From an uncultured Bacteroidota bacterium (lineage in GTDB: Bacteria > Bacteroidota > Bacteroidia > Bacteroidales > VadinHA17): DNA of 64,000 nucleotides. A program made the translations under genes and the position numbers. Under the pieces are notes generated by a model. It did not search any database and had not been told where the DNA came from. It saw nothing but the letters and a program-made list of their open reading frames with translations. Position 1 is the first letter of the stretch; each line of letters opens with the position of its first letter. The stretch spans positions 9,025 to 73,024 of the forward strand of contig CAIMVD010000161.1 of NCBI GenBank assembly GCA_903844815.1, written 5' to 3'. Of the stretch, positions 47,118 to 57,185 are shown one piece after another.

Positions 47118-48326
47118 ATGATTGAACTGAATGATTATTTTAATCCAGTATGCATTGAAGGTCCTGAATTTGAACATCTGACAGGACCGGCGGTATTTGC
47201 CCACAACATTACCGTTCATACCGAAAACAATGCAATAAAGACGATAAATAAGTATAAGATTGCGATTTTGGGAGTTCCTGAAGGAAGAAATTCTCCTGAT
47301 GACGGCTCCTCGAAGGGACCGGATGCGGTTAGAAAACAGTTGTACAAACTGGCCAGGATTCCCGGAAAACCAGGAATAATTGACCTGGGAAATATGAAGC
47401 AGGGTGCTTCATTCAACGATACTATTGTCGGGTTGTCGGATATTCTCACCTTTTTGCTTGAAGGAAATATTTTTCCTCTGATTATAGGAGGCAGCAGTGC
47501 CGTGGTACCGGCAATTGACAAAGCATTTACGAAATTGCTTCAGCAATACACCCTTGCTGCTGTTGATCCAAGAATCGATTACAGCAATGAACGAAAAATA
47601 ATACCTGATTCTTTCAATTATCTGAATTCAATAATTGGGAGCAGCAAGAGTACTTTAAGTCACTACATAAACATAGGCTACCAGACTTATCTCAACGACC
47701 AGCAGGTAATAAACCGGTTCAACAAACGAAAATCAGAACTGCTGAGAATAGGAGATGTAAGGCAGGCAATTTATCTCACTGAACCATTACTCAGAGACTC
47801 CCATGTCGCAGTATTCGATATTTCAGCTGTCAGGCAGTCCGATGCCCCTGCAAGCTTCTGCCCCTCTCCCAATGGCTTTTACGGAGAGGAGATTTGCCTT
47901 CTCGCGAGGTATGCCGGGATATCAGACAGATTAAAGGTATTCGGATTATTTGATATAAATCCCGGGACTGATATCCGTTCGCAGACCTCAGCTCTGGCAG
48001 CACAGGTCATATGGTTCTTCCTCGAAGGGTTCTCTCAAAAGCAATATGAAACTCCCTCACTGAGCGGAAACAATTCAGGCCGTTTCATCAAATATCATGT
48101 GAGGCTTACAGATCTTGCCGACGACCTTGTTTTTGTAAAGAGCAACCTTACTGACCGCTGGTGGATGGAACTCACATCTTCCGACAATCAGAATCACTAT
48201 GTAGCCTGTGCTTACGATGATTATCTCAGAGCGAACAGAAATGAAGTTCCCGACAGGTGGGTAAAGGCGGTTGACAGGCTCGAAAAATTAGTTCCTGCCC
48301 AATTCCGGAAACCTTTACCACTGTAA
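47118..48326 (+). CDS. arginase/formiminoglutamase-fold protein with degenerate metal-binding motifs (probable pseudoenzyme)
   Basis: 402 aa. The family scaffold is recognisable (IAILGVPEGRN...GPDAVRKQL; FGLFDINPGTD...TSALAAQVI). However, GGDHS reads GGSSA (aa 124-128), DAHxD reads DPRID (aa 150-154), and DxDxxDP reads DISAVRQSDAP (aa 234-244). Confidence 0.7.
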   Translation: MIELNDYFNPVCIEGPEFEHLTGPAVFAHNITVHTENNAIKTINKYKIAILGVPEGRNSPDDGSSKGPDAVRKQLYKLARIPGKPGIIDLGNMKQGASFNDTIVGLSDILTFLLEGNIFPLIIGGSSAVVPAIDKAFTKLLQQYTLAAVDPRIDYSNERKIIPDSFNYLNSIIGSSKSTLSHYINIGYQTYLNDQQVINRFNKRKSELLRIGDVRQAIYLTEPLLRDSHVAVFDISAVRQSDAPASFCPSPNGFYGEEICLLARYAGISDRLKVFGLFDINPGTDIRSQTSALAAQVIWFFLEGFSQKQYETPSLSGNNSGRFIKYHVRLTDLADDLVFVKSNLTDRWWMELTSSDNQNHYVACAYDDYLRANRNEVPDRWVKAVDRLEKLVPAQFRKPLPL

Positions 48327-48459
48327 TTGAGCGATTAGAATAATAGTCAGGCACACTCGTCAATAAATGTTTAAATATGAGTATAAAATTTGCTTACCTA
48401 AGGGATTTTTATTTCCTTTGTCGGTTCAACACTAATGCATCGCCCCAATAAGTAAGGAA

Positions 48460-49404
48460 GTGAAGAAGATATTTTTAACCTTTCTCTTATCCGTCGCAGT
48501 ATTATTTCAAGCTGTGGCACAACAGGATCCTCTGACGAGTCAGTATATGTTCAACACGTTGACATATAACCCCGGCATAGCAGGCACCTCCGGTATGATA
48601 TGCGCAACTGCCCTGAACCGTCAGCAATGGATTGGTTTTAAGGGAGCTCCTTCCACGACAATTTTTAACGTGAGCGCTCCTTTCGCTCCCTTTAAGATAA
48701 AAAGCGGTGTCGGTCTTACAATTGCAAGCGACAATGTCGGATTTGATAAGGATATCAACCTCACACTCGCCTACTCCTACCTGATGGATGTAGGTGCAGG
48801 AAAACTCGGGATCGGTCTGAACCTGGGCATGCTCAACAAGACCCTTGACCCAACCTGGATTATACCTTCAGGTGAATCACATACTCCTGCTTCGGGAGAT
48901 CCGCTTATTCCTGAAAATAAAGAGAGTTATGTTGCTTTCGATGCAGGGCTTGGTCTTTATTACAAAACCGACAAGTATTATGCGGGGTTTTCCGTTACAC
49001 ATATAAACCAGCCTTCTATAAAGTATTCAAAAGGACTAACTTATGTGAGCCGGCACTTTTATCTGACAGGCGGATATACCCTGCAGCTTCCCAATCCATC
49101 ACTTGAGTTACTGCCTTCTGTTCTGGTACTTAGTGATGGAAAAGCATACCAGTTTACTGCAACTTCACTTCTCCGATACAATAAAAAGGCATGGGGAGGC
49201 GTTTCATTCAGAGCAGGTGATGCAATCATAGCAATAGCCGGAATTGAATTGTTTAACGGTGTCCGCATCGGTTATTCTTATGATTTCACGATAACCGGTA
49301 TGAGTAAAAACAGCAATGGAACGCATGAATTTATGGTGAATTATTGTTTTGACCTGAATCGGGGTAAAAGCCCGATGAGATATAAAAGTATCAGGTTTTT
49401 ATAA
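48460..49404 (+). CDS. porP: T9SS outer-membrane protein PorP/SprF
   Basis: 314 aa. Signal peptide, then the family signature AQQDPLTSQYMFNTLTYNPGIAG, and a C-terminus ending YKSIRFL. It sits directly upstream of gldK, as in the porP-porKLMN operon of P. gingivalis. The start is a GTG. Confidence 0.85.
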   Translation: MKKIFLTFLLSVAVLFQAVAQQDPLTSQYMFNTLTYNPGIAGTSGMICATALNRQQWIGFKGAPSTTIFNVSAPFAPFKIKSGVGLTIASDNVGFDKDINLTLAYSYLMDVGAGKLGIGLNLGMLNKTLDPTWIIPSGESHTPASGDPLIPENKESYVAFDAGLGLYYKTDKYYAGFSVTHINQPSIKYSKGLTYVSRHFYLTGGYTLQLPNPSLELLPSVLVLSDGKAYQFTATSLLRYNKKAWGGVSFRAGDAIIAIAGIELFNGVRIGYSYDFTITGMSKNSNGTHEFMVNYCFDLNRGKSPMRYKSIRFL

Positions 49405-49452
49405 TTATTAAAAAAAAATTAACTTACTTGCATTTTATAATTTTATAGTAGT

Positions 49453-50796
49453 ATGAAAAAGGTAGCCCTCTCAACGTTGGTATTGATACTTTTCTTATCC
49501 GGCTGTGGTTCATCAAATAGTGGCGAACTCACAGGCGTTTTGGACAGGAAAAAATATTTTGAGCCCGAACCATTTGAAATGGCATTTATTCCTGCAGGGA
49601 ATTTTATGATGGGACCGAGCGATCAGGATGCTGTATTTGCCAACAACAGCATCTCAAAATCCGTAACTGTCGATGCATTCTGGATGGATCAGACTGAGAT
49701 CACAAACAATAAATACCGTCAGTTTGTCTACTATGTACGTGACTCCATCCTCAGGACAAAGCTCGGCGACGCCGGAATCACTGACAGGGAATATTTTATG
49801 ACAGATAAGGACGGTAACGAACTGGACCCCAGAAGGCTTAACTGGGATGAGAAAATTGAACCGGATGAAGAGACAACCAAGGGCACAATAGAAGAGATGT
49901 TCTACCCTGCTGAAGAAAGATTCAACGGTAAAAAACAGATTGATGTAAGGAAACTTAACTATCAGTATTTCTGGGTCGATTACCAGCAGGCTGCAAAAGC
50001 TACTTATAAACATGATTATGCAAATAACACAGGTGCATATGAAGGAATGGTAACTAACAATGACGGGACACGCACACCTGTAAAAGACCGTTCCTCATAT
50101 ATTAAGAATAACACGGTAAACATTTATCCCGATACCTTATGCTGGATCAGGGACTTCACCTATTCTTTCAATGACCCCCAGGCAACCCTTTACTTCTGGC
50201 ATCCTTCATTCGATAACTATCCCGTAGTCGGTGTAACATGGGTACAGGCTTCTGCCTTCAGCGTATGGAGAACGGATTATATGAACGCTGCCCTCAGAGC
50301 CGACAATATTGCAGAAGTAAGCAAATACAGGCTTCCCCTGGAAACGGAATGGGAATATGCAGCCAGAGGCGGACTCGACCTCTCGATGTATCCCTGGGGC
50401 GGTCCATACACACGTAATTATAAAGGATGCTTCCTTGCCAACTTCAAACCATTACGCGGAAACTATATCGACGACGGAAACGTATATGCAGGAAAAGTAG
50501 GCTCATACGAGCCAAATGAATACGGCCTGTACGATATGTCGGGAAACGTTGCTGAATGGACCTGCTGTGCATACCATCCATCTGCTTACATATTTCAGCA
50601 CGACCTCCAGCCGAATTATGAATACAATGCAACTCCACAGGATCCTCCGGTCATGAAAAGAAAAGTCATCCGCGGAGGTTCATGGAAGGATATAGCATAC
50701 TTCCTTCAGACAAGTTCCAGAGATTACGAATATCAGGACTCAGCAAAATCATTCGTGGGTTTCCGGAACGTAAGATCTTATATCGGCGTAAATTAA
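49453..50796 (+). CDS. gldK: T9SS/gliding lipoprotein GldK (PorK), SUMF1/FGE-like domain
   Basis: 447 aa. Lipoprotein signal LFLSGC, FWMDQTEITN, and a sulfatase-modifying-factor-like C-terminal domain (YGLYDMSGNVAEW, RGGSW, GFR). Confidence 0.9.
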   Translation: MKKVALSTLVLILFLSGCGSSNSGELTGVLDRKKYFEPEPFEMAFIPAGNFMMGPSDQDAVFANNSISKSVTVDAFWMDQTEITNNKYRQFVYYVRDSILRTKLGDAGITDREYFMTDKDGNELDPRRLNWDEKIEPDEETTKGTIEEMFYPAEERFNGKKQIDVRKLNYQYFWVDYQQAAKATYKHDYANNTGAYEGMVTNNDGTRTPVKDRSSYIKNNTVNIYPDTLCWIRDFTYSFNDPQATLYFWHPSFDNYPVVGVTWVQASAFSVWRTDYMNAALRADNIAEVSKYRLPLETEWEYAARGGLDLSMYPWGGPYTRNYKGCFLANFKPLRGNYIDDGNVYAGKVGSYEPNEYGLYDMSGNVAEWTCCAYHPSAYIFQHDLQPNYEYNATPQDPPVMKRKVIRGGSWKDIAYFLQTSSRDYEYQDSAKSFVGFRNVRSYIGVN

Positions 50797-50828
50797 ATAA
50801 TTGAAACAACTCTAAAATAATCAGGGAT

Positions 50829-51704
50829 ATGAGCCTAGCAGAATTAGTACAAAGCAGCGGATGGAAAAATTTCATCGCTAAACTTTATGGTTTAGGTGCT
50901 TCAGTCGTTATTGTTGGTGCATTGTTTAAGATACAGCACTGGCCAGCAGCCGGCACCATGCTTACAATCGGACTTATAACCGAAGCTGTAATCTTCTTTT
51001 TCTCGGCATTTGAGCCGCTTCATGAAGAGATCGACTGGTCGTTGGTATACCCTGAACTTGCCGGTATTCCCGAAGACGAAGCCCAGCTTGGTTCCGGCGA
51101 AGGAAAATATCGCGGTGCCGTCGGTGGCGCTATTGGTGGCGGTGCGGGATCTGCTGCCCTCGCAAAATTCGATGAGATGCTCGAGAAAGCCGAAATAACT
51201 CCTGAACTCTTCCAGAAACTGGGAACAGGAATGAAGAAACTTGGCGATGCAACGGCTACCATGAATGCTATGGGCGATGTATCGGCAGCTTCAACAAAAT
51301 ATATCGGTACAATAAACACTGCCAATGAATCACTTGGAAAACTCACAGAATCATACCAGTCAACCACCAAGGTGATAAATGATACCGGTTCCGCTTACCG
51401 TACGGTAACCGATTCCCTTTCTGTAATCGAATCAGGTGGAAAATCATACCAGCAGCAGCTTGAAGTCCTGAATAAGAATCTTGCCGCCCTCAATACTGTT
51501 TACGAATTGCAGCGTAAAGGTGCCGATGAGCACGTAAAGGAATCCGAAACACTCCACAAAGGTATCCAGGGCCTCATGAAAGACCTCTCTGAATCGGCAG
51601 GCGACACTAAAAAATACCGCGAACAGATTACCAAACTTAATGACAACCTGTCGGCTCTCAACAATGTTTATGGAAATATGCTCGCTGCTATGAATGTTAA
51701 ATAG
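50829..51704 (+). CDS. gldL: T9SS/gliding motor protein GldL (PorL)
   Basis: 291 aa. Two N-terminal TM helices (YGLGASVVIVGALFKIQHW; the second has the conserved TEAVIFFFSAFEP Glu), a Gly/Ala-rich linker and a coiled-coil tail. It sits between gldK and gldM. Confidence 0.9.
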   Translation: MSLAELVQSSGWKNFIAKLYGLGASVVIVGALFKIQHWPAAGTMLTIGLITEAVIFFFSAFEPLHEEIDWSLVYPELAGIPEDEAQLGSGEGKYRGAVGGAIGGGAGSAALAKFDEMLEKAEITPELFQKLGTGMKKLGDATATMNAMGDVSAASTKYIGTINTANESLGKLTESYQSTTKVINDTGSAYRTVTDSLSVIESGGKSYQQQLEVLNKNLAALNTVYELQRKGADEHVKESETLHKGIQGLMKDLSESAGDTKKYREQITKLNDNLSALNNVYGNMLAAMNVK

Positions 51705-51738
51705 AGTGGCTTTTTTACTTAATTAAACTACTTACAAA

Positions 51739-53334
51739 ATGGCTCACGAAAAGCTATCTCCACGGCAAAAGATGATCGGTATGATGTATCTGGTGCTTAC
51801 CGCCATGCTTGCACTTAACGTATCAAAGGAGGCTATTGAAGCATTTAAAAGAGTTGATCAGGGACTCACTCTATCTATCGCCAATTATGCAATAAAGAAT
51901 AATATTATTTATAGCGATTTTGACAGGGCGGCGGCAGAAAATCCGGCAAAAGCAGGAAAATTCAAAACTGCCGCTTATCAGGTCAAGGAACGTGCCGACG
52001 AAGCTTTCAATTATATGCAGGGCCTTAAGAAGGAAATCATTTTAAAGGCTGAAGGACCTGAAACTCCTGCAATTAAAGGTGATGAAGTTATTGTTGAAGA
52101 GGTTAAAAGGATTGATGATACTAATATTCCTTCTGAAATTCTAATCGGAGCCAGCGAAAATGGAAAAGCCAATAACCTGAAAGCTCTCCTTAATGATTAC
52201 CGCGATTTCCTTGTTACAATTCTCGAAGGAAAAAATCCAACAGCTGAAGAGGTAATAAGAAAAAGTCTTAACACGGCTGATGGGCACGACCCCGATGGCC
52301 AGCCGACCAGATGGGAGAACATGACCTTCCAGACACTGCCCCTGGTCGCAGTTATTACAATCCTTTCAGAATTACAGCTCAACGTTCGAAATGCCGAAAC
52401 AGAGGTACTTAATTCACTCTATACCCAAATCGACGCCTCATCATTTAAATTCAACAAACTTACAGCAATTGTAATTCCCAATTCAAATTATGTTACAGTT
52501 GGAAGCGATTACGAAGCGAAGGTTTTTATCTCCGCTACTGATACAACGCAATCACCTGAAATTACGGTAGGAGGAGCAAAAATCCCTGTTGATGAATCAG
52601 GAAAAGGTACTTACAAGGCAAAAGCTACTTCAGTCGGACCAAAAAAATGGGGCGGCATTATAGCGCTAAGGGCACCTGACGGATCCATGAAGAATTACAG
52701 CTTCGACGCTGATTATTTTGTAGGCGAATCAAATGTTATTGTATCCGCCACTGCTGTGAACGTAATGTACATAGGTATCGACAATCCTATCGACGTATCT
52801 GTTCCGGGTGTTAGTCCCGATAAAATTAAAGTAAGAGTTGTCAACGGGAGTGTGACTACAGAAAAAGTTAAAAACGCCAAGGGTGAAAATTTCAAAGGAA
52901 ACTGGGCAGTTAAACCAAATGCGGTTGGCCAGAATGTACAGGTTATTGTAACAGCCGATATTGATGGCAAACCGTTCCAGTACCCTCCTTATGATTTCAG
53001 GGTTAAACCTCTCCCTAAACCTATTGCAGTATTCGGAGGAAAAAGCACAGGAACCATACCAAGAGCGACAGCAGCAGCACAGCAGGGTGTGTTTGCAATC
53101 ATGCCCGATTTCGACTTTGACCTAAGCTATACCGTCACCGGATTCTCAGTACTCTATTCCGATAACCGGGGCGACTTTGATGAACCAAGTACAAGCAGCA
53201 ATCTTACTGCCAAGCAGAAAGACCTGATAAGCAGGTTGACAAGAGGGAAATATCTGACAATTAAAGATATCAAGGCTCTCGGGCCAGATGGAAAAATCAA
53301 TGAACTGCTACCTGTTATTTTAAAAATCGACTAG
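51739..53334 (+). CDS. gldM: T9SS/gliding protein GldM (PorM)
   Basis: 531 aa. The N-terminus [25 protein letters not shown] is the conserved single TM helix. A long periplasmic region with Ig-like C-terminal domains follows. Confidence 0.9.
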   Translation: MAHEKLSPRQKMIGMMYLVLTAMLALNVSKEAIEAFKRVDQGLTLSIANYAIKNNIIYSDFDRAAAENPAKAGKFKTAAYQVKERADEAFNYMQGLKKEIILKAEGPETPAIKGDEVIVEEVKRIDDTNIPSEILIGASENGKANNLKALLNDYRDFLVTILEGKNPTAEEVIRKSLNTADGHDPDGQPTRWENMTFQTLPLVAVITILSELQLNVRNAETEVLNSLYTQIDASSFKFNKLTAIVIPNSNYVTVGSDYEAKVFISATDTTQSPEITVGGAKIPVDESGKGTYKAKATSVGPKKWGGIIALRAPDGSMKNYSFDADYFVGESNVIVSATAVNVMYIGIDNPIDVSVPGVSPDKIKVRVVNGSVTTEKVKNAKGENFKGNWAVKPNAVGQNVQVIVTADIDGKPFQYPPYDFRVKPLPKPIAVFGGKSTGTIPRATAAAQQGVFAIMPDFDFDLSYTVTGFSVLYSDNRGDFDEPSTSSNLTAKQKDLISRLTRGKYLTIKDIKALGPDGKINELLPVILKID

Positions 53335-53354
53335 TTTTATATAATTATATCACC

Positions 53355-54194
53355 ATGAATAAAAAATTTCTTCTTGGAATTATTGCACTGACAATTACAG
53401 TGGCAATGAGTGCCCAGAGTCAAAATGAGAGTGCTTTCGGTGCTATTTACAAGAAATCAATAGATGACGCCAGAAAGATCAATTATCCATACCTTCGCGA
53501 AGCCGATGTAATTTGGGCACGATATGTTTATCGCCTTGTTGACCTCAGGGAGAAAATCAATCAGCCCCTATACTATCCGACAGCATCAACTCTTGACGGA
53601 AGAAAAAACTTCATTAACATAATCCTGAAAGAGATACAGGCAGGCAAACTGAAAGCATGGGATCCTATGGAAACCAATGTCAGTACCACATATTCAGATA
53701 TACAGGGCAAGATGGGTGCTACAACAAAAAAGGAATCCATTGTAATAAATGCAGCCGGGGCCACCAAGGATACAACCATTACCCAGGATGCCAAACCTGA
53801 AGAAGTGAAACAACTTCTCCTTTATGAAGAGTGGTTTTTTGATAAGAAATTGTCAAAACTTGATGTCAGAATTATTGCTATTCAGCCTTTTTATATGGCC
53901 TATGATGAGCAGGCCGGCAGAATACTAAAGAAGCCCCTGTTCTGGATAGATTACAATGAAGCACGTGACGCTCTCGCAAAATCAGAAGTATATCAGAACA
54001 ATAACGATGCCCAGAGACTTTCGTTCGACGACCTCTTTATGCAGAGAAAATTTGGCAGCTCAATAGTTGGAATATCAAATGTTTATAACGACAGGATGGT
54101 AGCAGACTATGAGATTGGAAAATACTCTCTCTTTGAAGCCGAAAGAATAAAGAACGAACTCTTCGACTTTGAACATGACCTGTGGGAATACTAG
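53355..54194 (+). CDS. gldN: T9SS/gliding periplasmic ring protein GldN (PorN)
   Basis: 279 aa. It has a signal peptide and the conserved EEWFFDK motif, and is the last gene of the gldKLMN block. Confidence 0.85.
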   Translation: MNKKFLLGIIALTITVAMSAQSQNESAFGAIYKKSIDDARKINYPYLREADVIWARYVYRLVDLREKINQPLYYPTASTLDGRKNFINIILKEIQAGKLKAWDPMETNVSTTYSDIQGKMGATTKKESIVINAAGATKDTTITQDAKPEEVKQLLLYEEWFFDKKLSKLDVRIIAIQPFYMAYDEQAGRILKKPLFWIDYNEARDALAKSEVYQNNNDAQRLSFDDLFMQRKFGSSIVGISNVYNDRMVADYEIGKYSLFEAERIKNELFDFEHDLWEY

Positions 54195-54234
54195 GAACTG
54201 ATTAAGAACCTGTTGGTATTATTATAATACAAAA

Positions 54235-54256
54235 GCGGCCGGGTGTACCCCGGCCG
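54235..54256. terminator. bidirectional intrinsic terminator between gldN and manC
   Basis: gcggccggg (54235-54243), tgta loop, cccggccgc (54248-54256). It is flanked by aaaa upstream and tttcttgtt downstream. Confidence 0.8.
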
Positions 54257-54267
54257 CTTTCTTGTTG

Positions 54268-55353
54268 CTAAATATATTTTTCTCCTGTGGCCTTCCTTAC
54301 ATCCTCGAGGTACTGCTTAATATTCTGCTCCTCCTCCTTCCTGACAATAAGAAGTACATCTTCAGAATCGACTATGATAAAGTCTGATAGACCCTGCACA
54401 ACTGCAATTTTTTCAGGCAAGATATTATAGATATTCCCTTTCGCATTGTATGAGAAAATATTCCCCCTGACCACTGCATTATGTTTTTTGTCCCTCGCGG
54501 AATGCTCATAGAGGGAACTCCAGGTGCCAAGGTCTGACCAGCCAATATCAGTGCACATTACATAAACATTATCGGCTTTTTCCATGATGCCGTAATCGAT
54601 CGATATACTTCTGCATTCTGCATAGGTACGCAGTATGAAACTCTTTTCTTCTTCGGTGCCAAATAGTTTCTTTCCTTCCTCGAAAACTGAATACGTATCG
54701 GGCAGATGTTTCTCAAAAGCCGCGAGAATCGATTTTATGTTCCAGATGAATATCCCTGAGTTCCAGAAGAAATCACCGCTTTCCAGAAAAACCCTTGCCA
54801 GATCAAGGTCCGGCTTTTCAGTAAAGGTTTTTACCTTTAAGAGATTCTTAAGCCCTTTTACAGGTTTCTTCTGGTCCGCCTGAATATAGCCGTACCCGGT
54901 TTCAGGCCTGTCGGGCTTTATTCCAAGAGTAATAAGGGCATCATTATCCCGGGCAAACTCAAAACATGAAATTATCTCCTCACTGAATTTATCCTCTTTA
55001 ACTATAAAATGGTCTGCAGGAGTTACGGCTATAACCGCATCGGGATTTTCCTCGAGTATTCTGAAAGTCCCGTAAGCCAGGCAAGGCGCAGTATTACGTC
55101 GAAATGGCTCTGCAAGAACACGTGACGGATCGATTCCAAGCTGCTCAATAACAAGATCTTTATGATCAGAGTTTGTAACGATGAAGATGTTCTCTTCCGG
55201 ACAAACGGCCTTAAACCTCCTGAAAGTCTGCTGAATGAGGGTTTCTCCCCTTCCCAGAATATCGAGAAACTGCTTTGGTTTTTCACTCCGGCTCAGAGGC
55301 CAGAAACGGCTTCCTACACCCCCGGCCATTATGATAGTATACCTGTTATTCAT
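54268..55353 (-). CDS. manC: mannose-1-phosphate guanylyltransferase
   Basis: 361 aa. IIMAGGVGSRFWPLSR...KQFL and a nucleotidyltransferase fold, with no C-terminal PMI domain. Confidence 0.85.
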   Translation of the reverse strand: MNNRYTIIMAGGVGSRFWPLSRSEKPKQFLDILGRGETLIQQTFRRFKAVCPEENIFIVTNSDHKDLVIEQLGIDPSRVLAEPFRRNTAPCLAYGTFRILEENPDAVIAVTPADHFIVKEDKFSEEIISCFEFARDNDALITLGIKPDRPETGYGYIQADQKKPVKGLKNLLKVKTFTEKPDLDLARVFLESGDFFWNSGIFIWNIKSILAAFEKHLPDTYSVFEEGKKLFGTEEEKSFILRTYAECRSISIDYGIMEKADNVYVMCTDIGWSDLGTWSSLYEHSARDKKHNAVVRGNIFSYNAKGNIYNILPEKIAVVQGLSDFIIVDSEDVLLIVRKEEEQNIKQYLEDVRKATGEKYI

Positions 55354-55449
55354 ATCCGACTTTGTTATTACAGCATTTACAGTAAATACATAACTAATTA
55401 AACATCCCTCTTTAAAAAACCAAGGTAGCAGAAATACAGTAATTATTAG

Positions 55450-55457
55450 TAATTTTG
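55450..55457 (+). promoter_or_regulatory. candidate -7 box (TAATTTTG) for mlaEF
   Basis: Exact TAnnTTTG match that overlaps the TTG used as the start by the ORF track. This supports the ATG at 55479 as the real start. Confidence 0.35.
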
Positions 55458-55478
55458 ACCTACAATAATTATCAATCT

Positions 55479-56222
55479 ATGATAAAATTTCTTACACAAG
55501 CCGGGAAATACTTCCTGCTACTTAAGAAGGTCTTTTCAAAACCAGAAAAACCATCGGTATATTACAAGCAAACCATGAGGGAATTTGTTTTCCTTGGCCT
55601 GAATTCGGTCGGTATTATTGCCATTATTTCATTCTTCATGGGCGCTGTAATAACCCTTCAGACTGCATATAACACCGAAAACCCGATCTATCCGAAATAC
55701 CTGATCGGTCTGGGAACCCGCGATTCAATGATTCTTGAATTCTCATCGACAATATCTGCACTTATTCTTGCAGGCAAGGTTGGTTCGAATATTGCCTCGG
55801 AGATTGGGACCATGAGAGTTACGGAACAGATCGACGCCCTCGAAATAATGGGTGTAAATTCCGCCTCCTATCTCATCCTGCCCAAACTTATTGCAACTCT
55901 TCTTTTTAACCCTATCCTCACACTTATCGCTATAACAGTAGGTACATGCGGCGGCTGGATTGCAGGAACATTTGCAGGTGTTATTTCATCAGAAAGCTAT
56001 ATTTATGGAATTCAGTATGAATTTATCCCCTATTACATCGTATATTCATTGATCAAGACCGTCTTCTTCGCCTTTATTATTACAAGTGTCTCGGCTTTTC
56101 AGGGGTATTTTGTCGAAGGAGGTTCGCTCGAAGTAGGACGAGCCAGCACTAAAGCAGTGGTTTACAGCAGCATAATCATTCTTCTCTTTAACGTGATTCT
56201 AACTCAACTGCTGCTGTCATGA
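55479..56222 (+). CDS. mlaE: MlaE-family ABC transporter permease
   Basis: About 247 aa, starting MIKFLTQAGKY. Motifs LGTRDSMILEFS...AGKVGSNIASEIGTMRVTEQIDALEIMG are typical of MlaE/Ttg2B. Confidence 0.85.
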   Translation: MIKFLTQAGKYFLLLKKVFSKPEKPSVYYKQTMREFVFLGLNSVGIIAIISFFMGAVITLQTAYNTENPIYPKYLIGLGTRDSMILEFSSTISALILAGKVGSNIASEIGTMRVTEQIDALEIMGVNSASYLILPKLIATLLFNPILTLIAITVGTCGGWIAGTFAGVISSESYIYGIQYEFIPYYIVYSLIKTVFFAFIITSVSAFQGYFVEGGSLEVGRASTKAVVYSSIIILLFNVILTQLLLS

Positions 56223-56977
56223 TAAGGGTGAATGACCTCTCCAAATCCTTTAACGGAAAAACCGTTCTTGAGAACATATCCGTAACTTTCGATACCGGTA
56301 AAACAAACCTGATAATAGGCCAGAGCGGATCAGGAAAGACTGTTTTGCTCAAGTCAATTGTCGGGCTCCATGAGGTTGAGCACGGTGAGGTGTGGTTCGA
56401 AGATGTACTCTTCAATAAACTTCCTTTTGCCGAGAAGAAACTTATAAGAAGCGAAATAGGAATGCTGTTTCAGGGAAGTGCCCTTTTTGATTCCCTGACA
56501 GTTGAACAGAATGTCAGCTTCCCCCTCGATATGTTTACAAATAAAACTCATGAAGAGATCATAGAAAGGGTCAACTTCTGCCTGAACAGGGTGAATATTA
56601 TAAACGCAAATAAATTATTCCCGTCGGAACTGTCAGGAGGAATGAAGAAAAGAGTCGCAATTGCCAGAGCCATTGCATTAAATCCTAAGTACCTTTTCTG
56701 CGATGAACCCAATTCCGGCCTCGACCCGATTACAGCCATACTTATTGATGAGCTGATTCAGGAACTCACCCATGAATACTCAATGACTACTATAATAAAC
56801 ACTCACGATATGAACTCCGTGATTGAGATAGGTGAAAAAGTCATCTTTATCAGCCAGGGTGCAAAATGCTGGGAAGGAGATAATAATCAAATACTCAATT
56901 CAGACTGTGAACCACTGAATGATTTTGTATTTGCAAATTCCCTTGCGAAAAAACTCCGATCAGGAAGTAAAAGTTAA
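56219..56977 (+). CDS. mlaF: ABC transporter ATP-binding protein, MlaF-like
   Basis: 252 aa. Walker A GQSGSGKT, signature LSGGMKKR and Walker B LFCDEP. It overlaps the mlaE stop by 4 nt. Confidence 0.85.
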   Translation: MIRVNDLSKSFNGKTVLENISVTFDTGKTNLIIGQSGSGKTVLLKSIVGLHEVEHGEVWFEDVLFNKLPFAEKKLIRSEIGMLFQGSALFDSLTVEQNVSFPLDMFTNKTHEEIIERVNFCLNRVNIINANKLFPSELSGGMKKRVAIARAIALNPKYLFCDEPNSGLDPITAILIDELIQELTHEYSMTTIINTHDMNSVIEIGEKVIFISQGAKCWEGDNNQILNSDCEPLNDFVFANSLAKKLRSGSKS

Positions 56978-56982
56978 GAACA

Positions 56983-57171
56983 TTACTTCTTTAACTCTTC
57001 ATAGTCAACATATTCGCCAATCTGCTTTGATATTTTTTTCTTAGCAGGAGAATTCGCCTTTTCCTTTTTTGCATTTTTCTCAGCTGCAGTGCTTTCCTCG
57101 CCAATATGAATGAACGCCCGCACTATCATGTAAATTATCAGGCTTATTAGCGCAAAACGAATTAAAATCAT
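56983..57171 (-). CDS. small single-pass membrane protein (DUF4834-like)
   Basis: 62 aa. N-terminal TM helix, a Lys-rich linker and a C-terminal GEYVDYEELKK, which matches my recollection of Bacteroidota DUF4834 proteins. It is the last gene of a four-gene unit. Confidence 0.55.
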   Translation of the reverse strand: MILIRFALISLIIYMIVRAFIHIGEESTAAEKNAKKEKANSPAKKKISKQIGEYVDYEELKK

Positions 57172-57185
57172 CCCAAATAAAATAA

